DNA from: Chara braunii
Lineage: Eukaryota > Plantae > Charophyceae
NCBI GenBank assembly: GCA_003427395.1
Contig: BFEA01000032.1
Coordinates: 322,733 to 386,732 of the forward strand
Reading direction: 5' to 3'
Length of the DNA: 64,000 bases
Part shown: one piece after another, positions 1-9,743 of the stretch
How the letters are laid out: each line of letters begins with the position of its first letter
Position numbering within the stretch: the first letter of the stretch is position 1
Notes under the pieces: generated by a model
The model's input: the letters and a program-made list of their open reading frames with translations, nothing else
What the model was told of the DNA's origin: nothing
Database searches by the model: none
Position numbers and translations under genes: made by a program

Positions 1-300
1 ATCAATAGAAATACCCTGTTTTCCTGAACACCGTTTCCCTTAACCACTAGAACATCAATAGAAATACCCTGTTTTCCTGAACACCGTTTCCCTTACCCAG
101 TAGAACATCAATAGAAGTTCCCTGTTCCCTGAACTCTGCTCCCCCTTAACCTATAGCGAACCATGCAGTCGCCTTAGTTCATCAGTAGGACCACCCTTCT
201 CCCTATCTTCCCTTTAGTTCATTTGTAGGACTACCCTGTTCCTTCCAACCCCCCCTAGTTCATCAGTAGGACAACTCTGTTCACCGGTACCAAACCCTGT
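1..300. repeat. Degenerate 53-bp tandem repeat
   Basis: ATCAATAGAAATACCCTGTTTTCCTGAACACCG... starts at 1, 54 and 107, then decays (TTAGTTCATCAGTAGGAC variants) to ~300. Confidence 0.85.
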
Positions 301-703
301 TCCCTCTTACTCCCGCAGCCCATGCCACCCACATTATAGTTCATTTGGACAACTGGCGCCATGCTGCAATTCGGGCGCCACTTTCAAATACTGCATTTTT
401 CAGTTCTGCCCTCGGGGCCTTTGCAGAAATGCCCCTGGTACCGTACGTGTCACCGGTATTTATACCGGCTCCCCGTACGGTACGGGGGGCAGTCTCGTAC
501 CAGTTCTCCGCTGCTGTACTCGTACTCAGTGTGACTTGCTGTTTCGGCATTCGGAATCCAAGACTTCGACTTTGTGCCTTACCACTGTGTCTGCGTCCGA
601 CCCTCAGTCCGAGTCCGTCGAGTCGAGTGAGTGAGTGTGTGTGTGTGCTCTCACTCTCTCCCTCTCTCTCCTCTCCCTCGGCTCACCCTCAGCCTCATGC
701 TCG

Positions 704-1104
704 TTACATGTTGGGTGCACCAGTCACCTTTCCTCTATTCCCACCGACATTTGCCACACCTGTTGATGCAGCGACCAGACTGGACACACGAGGAAGACTA
801 CTGCCTCCGTCGGTTGCCATCGCCACATCGATCAGCGCTTGCCTCAACCCCTCCTTCTGCAATTCTTTTTCTTCGTCCGTCAATTCCTTTTTGCTCTGCT
901 CCAGCCAACATTTCCCCTTGCAATAACATTCCTTGACACGGTCCAGGGTGCCTGAGAAACAGTCCAGGGTGCCTGAGAATCTGGTGTCGCTATACTTGCA
1001 GGTCCAATCATTTGGCACCCTTTCTGGCATCATTTCCTGTGACCCCGTCTTCATGGATGCCGCTTGATCAAAGTGGAGTTGTACTTGAGGCTCGTCATTG
1101 TGAC
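704..1104 (-). CDS. Putative terminal exon, unknown protein (...QVQLHFDQAASMKTG...CYCKGKCW...)
   Basis: Open frame 704-1114, with a pyrimidine tract plus CAG acceptor at 1105-1107 (cttctcttctgcggttttgtgcacag|GTC). Contains an internal 21-bp duplication (FSGTLD x2). No family recognised. Confidence 0.35.
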
Positions 1105-1339
1105 CTGTGCACAAAACCGCAGAAGAGAAGCCTCAAAATCAGCCGTATCCTGCGCCCACTCCAAAAAACGCTTCCCCTCCCCCCCAAATAAAAACCCTCC
1201 TAGTCCGCTCACCCTCTGGAACCCCATGAAATCAGCCTTGTTCCACCCCCTCCTAGCCCTCTACCCCCCCTAAAACCCCATGAAAATAGCACTTTGCTGA
1301 GTTCACTGCTTTTCCAAATCAGAGATGTAAAAAAAAAAA

Positions 1340-2112
1340 AAGGGATCAATTGCAGTGACGAGGGAGGAGGAGGAAGAAGACAACATCACAAGGGGTAGGA
1401 GGTACCATCCGAGTTTGAAGTTTCCATGAAAAAAAGAAAGTGATGAGGCCGTGACAAGGAGGGTGAGAGGTGGAGGAGGAAAGATCGAGGAGGAGGACGT
1501 AACAAGCAGGAGGAGATACCATCGGAGTTCAATCTTCAAAGTTTCATTGAAAAAGCAGAAAAACAAATTGACGAGGCCGTGAGAGGGAGGATATGAGATG
1601 GAGAAGGAGAGATGGAAGAGGAAGAGGAGGAAATGGGGGAGGAGAGATGGACGACAATGAGGCGAGGAGGAGGAGGAGGAGGAAGAAGACAACATGAAAA
1701 CGGGGTGGAGATACCATCCACGTTCGAAGTTTCCGTGAAAAAAAACGAAGTGACGGGGCCGTGACAAGAAGGGCGAGAGGTGTAGGAAGAAAGATGGATG
1801 AGTAGAGTTGGAGGAGGAGGACAAGGAGAGATGGAGGAGGAGGAGGATGTAACAAGGACGAGGAGATACCATCGGAGGACGAGGACGTAACGAGGAGGAG
1901 GAGATAATATCGGAGTTCGATCTTCAAAGTTTCATTAAAAAAGAAAAAAACAGAGTGACGAGGCCGTGACAGGGAGGAGATGAGATGAGGCGGAGAGATG
2001 GGGAAGGGGAGATGGAGGAAGCAGAGGAGGAGATGGAGGAGGAGATGGAGGAGGAGAGATTGTGGAGGAGGAGGTGAGGAGGAGGAGGAGATACCACCGA
2101 AGTTTGAAGTTT
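1340..2112. repeat. GA-rich degenerate tandem repeat (left part)
   Basis: Recurring unit GAGGAGATACCATCGGAGTT...AAGTTTCCATGAAAAAA...GTGACGAGGCCGTGACAAGGA. Confidence 0.8.
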
Positions 2113-2171
2113 GGATAAAAGTTACTCTAGGGATAACAGGCTGATCTTCCCCAAGAGTTCACATCGACGGG
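2113..2171 (+). pseudogene. rrn23: Plastid 23S rRNA fragment (peptidyl-transferase region), NUPT
   Basis: GGATAAAAGTTACTCTAGGGATAACAGGCTGATCTTCCCCAAGAGTTCACATCGACGGG follows the plastid-type LSU consensus; only 59 bp. Confidence 0.85.
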
Positions 2172-2212
2172 TGGATTAGGCGCTAGCTTCGCGCCTTCGT
2201 GGGATCCTTCGT

Positions 2213-2452
2213 GGGATCCTGGATTAGGCGCTAGCATCTTATAGGCAGCAATCCATAGATTAATGTCTTTCATGAGACTGCTGAATAGGCCACTGGCCCG
2301 AAATTCATCATAGCTAGCGCTCCTTAGGTTATGAATATCGGTGCATGTCAAAGCAGAGGCCTCAGAAGTCTGGCTAGCGCCCTGCTTAGTCCCATTCGTC
2401 GAGCGTACAACACACGAAGAAGATATCCCATGAACAAAGTCATAGCTTCGTC
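2213..2452 (-). pseudogene. Organellar group II intron RT/maturase N-terminal fragment
   Basis: LMKDINLWIAAYKMLAPNPGS resembles RT domain 0 (AYxxLxxNPGS) of organellar group II intron ORFs. Confidence 0.6.
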
Positions 2453-2581
2453 CTCAGTTTGATATGAAGTACAAAAAAGAATTAAAGGTAATAAAGTAGG
2501 CAATGTGGTAAAAAAGAAGAAACTAGTTTTTCGAGAGTCTGTAGATCTCAATCCAAGAGTCAAACAAGAATGAATACTGAT
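2453..2581 (-). pseudogene. ccmB: Mitochondrial ccmB C-terminal fragment (NUMT)
   Basis: SIHSCLTLGLRS...TTLPTLLPLILFCTSYQTE matches the plant mitochondrial CcmB motif IHSxLxLG...TTLPTLLPL..CTS..TE. Confidence 0.7.
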
Positions 2582-2814
2582 TTTTCCCAATCTTCTACAG
2601 TTTGGTCAGTGATTCCAAGCGGAATTTTGTCTGGTTTCGCACTTAAACGTTTACCCAGATCAAAAGGCGCGTGAGCGCTTATAGAAAAACTGGCTCATAA
2701 CGGTGGAACCGTTAGTTCTTATTTATACAAACAAAGAACCATGGCAATACCGTGGGAAGTCGGTGGATTGTATGTAGAAAAGAAAGCAATTCAATGAACG
2801 CGAGCGCCTTCATA

Positions 2815-2875
2815 GACCCCGTAACGACTGACTCGAAAGAGGAGAGCATGATTGATTTCATGCTAATACGCCAGT
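2815..2875 (+). other. Group I intron core fragment (organellar)
   Basis: CCCCGTAACGACTGA followed by the hairpins CTC-GAAA-GAG and AGCATGA..TCATGCT, then AATACGCC. A second CCGTAACGACTGA lies at ~3166. Confidence 0.45.
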
Positions 2876-3227
2876 ACTCACCCAATTTCATTTCAATTGA
2901 GGATCTAGTTAGTTCCTAAGGCGAGCGGCTCGACTGACTCCTAGTCGTATTAGATTTAATTTAACTACATTAGAAGATATTTATAAACATACATATTATA
3001 AATTATTTTATTTCGTTATATTCTATTAGATTCTATTTTTTATCCTATTTATTTTGATTATTTTATTTATTATAGAATGTAGAATACAATATTGAATTAA
3101 GTCGTTTGGCAGATACTTTGCGGGTTGTATAAGAAGACCGCGTCAAAGATCGAAGAATATGTTCTCCGTAACGACTGATTCACAATTTCTTTTCAACTTT
3201 CAAAAGTTGTTAATCGAACCTTCTGGT

Positions 3228-3407
3228 TATTGCTGCTAAAAAAAGTAGCCCTGACAATATAATGTGAACAGCTGCAACTCCTTCGTAACTCCATATACCT
3301 GGATTTGTAATAGTTTCGCCAGTAATACTCCAGCCTCCTCATGATTTTGTAATTCCTAGACGAGTCATAAAAGGAATTACAAACATTCCTTGCCGCCACA
3401 TAGGATC
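3228..3407 (-). pseudogene. psbB: Plastid psbB (CP47) fragment with a TGG>TGA stop
   Basis: Translates [59 protein letters not shown]; stop at 3339-3341. Confidence 0.92.
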
Positions 3408-3560
3408 TTTAACCAATTTTGTGCTTCAATGTAATTACCAGGAGCTAATTGAATAGCTTGTTTCCAGTATTCCGCAGCTTGATTGAACCATGCTTTAGAG
3501 CTTTCAATATCTTGTTGTTGAATAGCTTGTTCACCTCGGTTGGGATAGTATTCTTTGAAA
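3404..3560 (-). pseudogene. ycf3: Plastid ycf3 last exon plus the 3' end of its group II intron
   Basis: [45 protein letters not shown] (3539-3404), preceded by the group II 3' terminus CTATCCCAAC. Confidence 0.9.
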
Positions 3561-3962
3561 TATTGATATGTTGACTACTAATGGACAAATTGAATATAGA
3601 TGAATGTAATAATAATAGAATACATCTAAACAATATATAATAAATAATATGGGATATAATAGAATATAAACAGGATATAATGTAAAGAAGAGACAGGATA
3701 TAATATAAAGAAACAAATAATAAATAAAAAGTGATAGATACAATATATAATTAATTTCTAATTGATATATTTTAATCTATATTTTATATAGAATAGAAAA
3801 TAAATATAAAATAGTAAAATATATGTACCAAAATAAAGAAATTAGATAATCTGTGAATAATAAACTCGAATAATAAAATAAATATGCATCAAAATGAGAA
3901 ATCTGAATATTGAATTAATTGATTATGATTATCACTAGTCTTCAAAGGAATATTCTTTTACC

Positions 3963-4044
3963 ATGCTTATTAGAAAAACAAATTCAATGATAGTGAGTAT
4001 GGGACCTCATCATCCATCTATGCATGGAGTACTTCGACTTATAG
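3963..4044 (+). pseudogene. ndhH: Plastid ndhH 5' fragment
   Basis: [27 protein letters not shown]. Confidence 0.88.
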
Positions 4045-4210
4045 CTAAAAGCATGAAAACGGATCCAAGTAAAGTATATAAGAAAAACTGATATGCTGCT
4101 CGTATTTTTCTCTGTCTAGAACCCCATACCCCTATAATAATAAACATAGGGATTAAAACACTTTCAAAGAACACATAAAAAAGTAGAAGATCTAGCATGC
4201 AAAACACAGC
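4040..4210 (-). pseudogene. nad4: Mitochondrial nad4 internal fragment
   Basis: [57 protein letters not shown]. Confidence 0.93.
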
Positions 4211-4268
4211 AAAAACCCAAAATGAAACTTCCATTTTGTGGAGCGGGTTTTTACAGAAAGAAGTTTAG
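4206..4268 (+). pseudogene. rpl5: Mitochondrial rpl5 3' end
   Basis: [20 protein letters not shown] lies directly upstream of rps14, as in the plant mitochondrial rpl5-rps14 cluster. Confidence 0.75.
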
Positions 4269-4272
4269 CCAT

Positions 4273-4329
4273 ATGTCAAATCAAGTCATTAGAGATCAAA
4301 AACGTAGATTGCTCGTAGCTGAATATGAA
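4273..4329 (+). pseudogene. rps14: Mitochondrial rps14 5' end
   Basis: MSNQVIRDQKRRLLVAEYE. Confidence 0.8.
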
Positions 4330-4920
4330 AAAAAAAAAAAAAACAAAGTGACGAGGCCCTGACAAGGAGGAGGAGAGATAAAGTAGAAGCGATGGAGTAG
4401 GATGAGGAGGAGGTGAGGTGAGGAGGAGGTGAGGAGGAGGTGACGAGGAGGTGAGGAGGAGGTGAGGATGACGAGGACATGACGAGGAGGAGATGCCAGC
4501 ACAGTTCGGACTTCAAAGTTTCCATGAAAACAAAAAAAGGCAGGGCGGAGGAGGAGAGATTGAGAGGAGGATGGAAGACAGACGAGGAGTGACGGAGGAG
4601 GACGAGGAGAGGAGGTGACGAGGGGGACCAGGTGACGAGGAGGTGCAATGAGGTGACGAGGAGATACACTCGCAGTTCAAAGTTTCCATGAGGAGGAGGA
4701 CATCACGAGGACTGGTGGAGGTGAGGAGGAGATGGAGAAGGAGGAGGTCACAAGGAACAGGAGGAGGTCACAAGGACATACCACCGACATTCCGAGTTCC
4801 CATACAAAAAAAAGGATGATACCATGACCAGGAGGAGAAGAGATGGAGGACAAGGAGGAGGAGAGAGAGGAGGAGGAGGGGTAAGATGTGGAGGAGGGGA
4901 GGTGGAGGAGGTGAGTTCAA
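4325..4920. repeat. GA-rich degenerate tandem repeat (right part)
   Basis: Same unit as 1340-2112 (AAAGTTTCCATGAAAA, GTGACGAGG). Confidence 0.8.
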
Positions 4921-4950
4921 GGGAGGGCAGGAGGGCTGGTGGAGACTCAC

Positions 4951-5103
4951 CTGGCTCGGAGGAGGACGATCGAAGTCCATCCTGGTCGTAGCTCCGGAGC
5001 TTGTTGATGGTGGCTGTAGGAGGGGGAGGTTGGCGCTCAAGATGAAGACGAAGGCAACGGAGATGGCGGCGGTGCTTCCTCGAACTGATGACTGGAGGCG
5101 GGC
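4951..5103 (-). other. Putative 153-nt internal exon
   Basis: Acceptor ggttttgtttttgccgcag|G and donor CAG|gtgagt; an upstream donor CAG|gtggg at 5203/5202 gives a 99-nt intron. Confidence 0.4.
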
Positions 5104-6399
5104 CTGCGGCAAAAACAAAACCAAAGAAGCGCCCCACTCTGAAGAGACGATAACAAAACCCAAAACACGGCCCCCTCTGAAACCCTGCCTTCTTTTTCCC
5201 ACCTGATTGCACAGAAACGAAGTCAGATTCGTTTCAGGTCGCACTTGAGCACGGCCCATCAATTTCTTTTTAAGGCCGTGAAGTTGTGAACGGATTTTTG
5301 CTGGGGGGGGCGGTACCGACAAAAAGACATCTTCCGTGTCTTTTTTTTGTTGTTGGGGAGAGGGGGGGGCTGGGGTCTTGTACGCCGTGCAGGTGGTGCG
5401 CCGAGCTGTAGGTGTGCGGGTGTGCGCCAACAGTCCTTGATTTCCCACACGACGTGCGCTTGCATGTGTGCTTTTTAGCAATGGGGCACCTTGCTATGAA
5501 AATAAACAAGAGGAGATCAAGGGGAATGCACACGGTAAACATGTAGGCTTGCTGTCACTTATGACAGTCATCTTGAATTCATTATATTTGATTATTAGCA
5601 CATTTATTCTTTTTGCGTCCGTATTCTCTTACAAATTTCATTTGTCTGTGGGCGCCAACAAGTTATTTGGGGTGTGCTGATCCCTCCTCAAAGGTCATTG
5701 GTAAGAAGTGCTCAGTGTGCAGTGACAGCTTGCTGACCTTTTTTGGCTCCTGCCAAGTACTTTCACGCAAGCATGCTTAGCATCCTTGTGCATCTCGCCA
5801 AGCATTCTTGCAGAGTGTGCTGCTTGCCTGGATTCTGGCTCTCTTTTACGTATTCCATTTTATAGTGTGTGACATTCTTGTGGCTGCCATCGCCCATTTT
5901 CTGGCACACCATGTTTCACCAGAGAGTTTGTTGATGTTCTGAGCGACATGAGCATTACATATATAAAAATAATAATTAAAAAAAAAAAAAAAAAAAGGTC
6001 GCCGGGCCATGCTGCGGGGGGTAATAAGAGCATCCTCCCGTAGCATCTGACCGCCGATGGCTCCCGACCATACTTGCAGCGCATCACTGCGCACGTGTTG
6101 CGCATAGCGCATGCGCACGCATGCGCGCCCACATGATGAGGCCCGTCATTTTTGGAATAAAAATTTCCGAAAGGACAGGGTGGGGTGGCCAAACGTGCCC
6201 GTTGCTTCTAAAATCAAACCGCAAGAGGGAAAAAAGTTGGGGCCACGTCATACCCCAAAACTGTGTGTGCATGTGTGTGCATGCGGGTGTGCATTTCCTA
6301 ACTGTGTCCAGTCTCTTTTCCGAAGGGCCCCTACATCGAATCAGCAAGGACCCATCCCGAAGCAGAGGTAGGCGTTAGGCTTCCAGTTCTGCACGAGTG

Positions 6400-6756
6400 G
6401 GCCGAGACTGTATACTCTGGATTCGAATTCGGGTCTGTCTATCAGCGGTCATGGGTCTCTAACTCAGCTAGGCCCTGTTGCTCTCTGCACGTGATTCTCT
6501 GTTTTTTCGTTTTCCTTTTCTTCGGAATACGTGCAGCGGCCCTAAGGGCCTCTACTCACCACATGCACAAAGGCAAAACATATGGCGGCGTATGGTTCCA
6601 TGTTATAGGAGAAGATGCATTCTAATTTTGCACATTTGGTGAGTAGCGCAGCCAAGCCCTGAGAATCACGCGCAGAGACCAACAGGGCGTAGCTAAGTGA
6701 GCAACCCATAACTGCTGAAACAGACCTGAATTTGAATCCAGAGTATATATTCGGCC
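6400..6756. mobile_element. Foldback/MITE-like element with ~100-bp imperfect terminal inverted repeats
   Basis: 6400-6499 is the imperfect reverse complement of 6661-6756; weaker similarity extends ~40 bp further out. Confidence 0.6.
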
Positions 6757-6852
6757 AGCTCCTGCTCTACATACTCGACGCCTGCCTCGATTTGGTGGAG
6801 GGTCTACGACTCTACGCTAATTTGCTGCGAGGACCCTCCAGATAACCTGCAG

Positions 6853-6854
<2 letters not shown>

Positions 6855-6922
<68 letters not shown>
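6855..6922. repeat. (CT)n microsatellite abutting an assembly gap
   Basis: Direct observation. Confidence 0.95.
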
Positions 6923-6924
<2 letters not shown>

Positions 6925-7217
6925 NNNNNNNNNNNNNNNNNNNNNNNNNNNNNNNNNNNNNNNNNNNNNNNNNNNNNNNNNNNNNNNNNNNNNNNNNNNN
7001 NNAGCGCACCGCAGAGATGCGCCGCAAGTATGCTCCTGACTATTGGTGGGGGCTGGAAACCAGGCCCACCGTCCCAGATACATGTAACAGCATTACATGT
7101 TGTACATTATCACTGTGGTTTGTGATTCAGTTCGCAATCTCTTGAATGCCGCATAGCATAACATCACCAAGATAATCTTAAAGATGGAATACGCTGCCTG
7201 TGATTGTATGAATGCAG

Positions 7218-9393
7218 GACAAGAAAGACTGTCAAAAGCAGGTGGTTGACAGCACTTAAGCACAGGGTGGAAGACGATGGTGAAGGTGGGGCTACTGGTG
7301 ATGGCAGTGATGGTGACATGGATATGACGCCATCTGATCCACATATCAAGCAGCAAGTGAAGGGAGGGCAAACGTCATTGTCCCAGTCAGCAAAGCACCA
7401 CCAAGCGCAGAAACATCAGCAGCAGCACCAACAGCAGGAGGAACAGTCGAGTCCAAACAAAGAGCAAAGACCAGGTGATAAGAAAAGGAAGAAAAAGAAG
7501 AAGGCAAAAGGGAAACCAAAGGATGCTGTTGCTGAAGATGGTGACGTACAGAAGCCGCACTTCTCAAAAATAGATGAAACAGCTGCTGCCAAGGAGGACA
7601 CAAGAGGACTGGGACACCAGACTATGGATTCGATGCAAGCAATCACATTAGCACCAAACAGGCTTTCAGTGGAATCAGCCGGTCAGAAAGTCTCACAGGA
7701 TCCTATACGCCAGGATGTGGGGCCTGAGCAAGCAGTAGCCTCATTGAAAGAGCAGCAAGCTGAACAGAAATCGTTGCCGGCACGGGCATTCACAAAGAAG
7801 CAAGTGTTGGGAAACCTCGGGTCGGTTTTGCAGCAACAGCTGATCTTGAAAAAGCACCTGCAGCAGCAGCAGCAGCAGCTGTTGCAGAAACAGAAGGAGG
7901 GATGTGGGGTTGGCGGGAAGCAACCACTCACCATGGAACATTCTGATTCTGCAAATGTGCAAAAGATGAATACAGCAGGGGAAGAGGCAGAGCAGCAGGT
8001 GCAGACTCAAGGTGTGATTCACGAACATGGCAGGCTTGGAAGTGGGGGCTTAGAACCACCGCAAATCCAGAAGTCGGAACAAGGACCACTGGTGCCTGAA
8101 ATCAAGACACAGGGGCATGTGGAACTAGAGGGAGAGCTCCAGCACCAAGTGCGAGCATTCCAGAAGCAGCAAATGCAGCAAGAAAATCAGCAAGAACACG
8201 TAAGATATGGACCTGAAGAACAGCAACAGGTGAGGCAAGAGAAGCAAGAAGAGAGACAGTGGTTAGGGCAGAAGCAGCAAGACGAACAGCACCAAGGGCA
8301 AGAGCAGGGAGACCAGGAATGGCAGGGAGAGCAACAAGCACCACAGCAACTGCAAGAACGAGTGCAGCCAGGCCAACATCTGGATCTGGAGATTCAGCAA
8401 CCACCGAATCGGCAGCCGCAAGATAGAGATGAATTGCAACTGCAGCAGCTACCACAGAAAAATAGGGAGACTGGAATTATGCAGCTGCAACAATTACAGG
8501 GTCCGCTAGCACAGTGTCTACAGCCAGAGCAGGAACAAGCCGAGCAACCCCAACTGTGGGCGCATCGCCAGCTCCAAAAACATTCTCAGCCACATTTGCA
8601 GTCTCAGCAACAGCCGCGGCAGCAGCAGCAGGAGGAACATCAAAACGAGGGGCAGAAGTCACTTGAACATCAGATGAAGCAAGTCTGCATGACACAGCAG
8701 CAGCAGCAACAGCATACACGAAGTCCACAGGTGCAGAATCTCGATCAGCAGATTCAGCAACAGCAGCAACAACAGGCCCATTTACAACAACAGCAGCAGC
8801 GACAACTGCAACGATTGCAACAACAAATACAACAGCAGCTCCTACATCGAAAGCAGCAGCAGCCCCAACAACAGCAGTTCCTGCAGCAGCAGCCGCAGCA
8901 GCAACTGCAACAGCAGCAACAACATCATCAGGTGCAGCAGCAACAACAACAGCAGCAGCAGCAGCAACAACAACAACAGCGACCACAGCAACAGCAGGAA
9001 CAGCAGCAACACAAGCAGCAGGAGCTACTGCATCAGCAGCAGCCACAACAGCCACAGCAGCCGCAGCAGCCACAACAACCTCAACATCCACAGCAGACAC
9101 GGCAGGCACAGCAGCAACCGCAGCAACAACTCCAGCAAGTGCAGCAGCAGCAGCAGCATTGCCAACAATTGCAGAAGCAGAGGCAGCAGAAATTGCAGCA
9201 ACTGCAGAAGCGACAACAGCAGCTACAGCAGCAGGAAAAACAATTGTCGCAGCAACAACAGCAGCTGCTGCAACGGCAGCAGATGCAAAGACAGCAACAG
9301 CAGCAGATGCAAAGACAGCAACAGCAGCAGAAACAGCAACAACAAAATTTACAGCAGCAACAGCAAAATTTACAGCAGCAACAGCAAAATTTA

Positions 9394-9449
<56 letters not shown>

Positions 9450-9708
9450 CCAGCAACAGCACCAGCACCAGCAACAGCAACAGCAACAGCAACAGCACCA
9501 GCAGCAACAACAGCAGCAACAACAGCAGCAACAACAGCAGAAACAACAGCAGAAACAACAGCAGCAGCAGGAACCAGAGCAGGAACAGCAAAAGCAAAAG
9601 CAGCACCCATCACCACAGCAGAAACAGCAACAGCAGCAACAGCAAGAGCAGTTGCAGCAGCAGCAGAAAAATGAGCACCAGAAACATCTGCTGCAGCAAC
9701 AGCAGCAA

Positions 9709-9743
<35 letters not shown>

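Larger units (their letters stand above)
2113..4329. other. Chimeric NUPT/NUMT mosaic insertion
   Basis: Abrupt switch out of the GA-rich repeat into recognisable plastid and mitochondrial gene pieces on both strands; the same repeat resumes at 4325. Confidence 0.9.

Noticed and set aside
170-270. CTGATGA on the minus strand as further hammerheads
   Set aside because: No stem II plus GAAA follows; part of the tandem repeat
345-926. 193-aa plus-strand ORF
   Set aside because: Non-ATG start, crosses microsatellite-like sequence, no recognisable motif
2128-2140. TAGGGATAACAGG resembles an I-SceI site
   Set aside because: It is the natural homologous LSU rRNA sequence within the plastid rrn23 fragment and lacks the GTAAT end
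2113-2171. Functional rRNA gene
   Set aside because: Only 59 bp, and embedded in the mosaic
4010-4234. 74-aa ORF as a real gene
   Set aside because: A chance fusion of antisense rpl5, nad4 and antisense ndhH pieces
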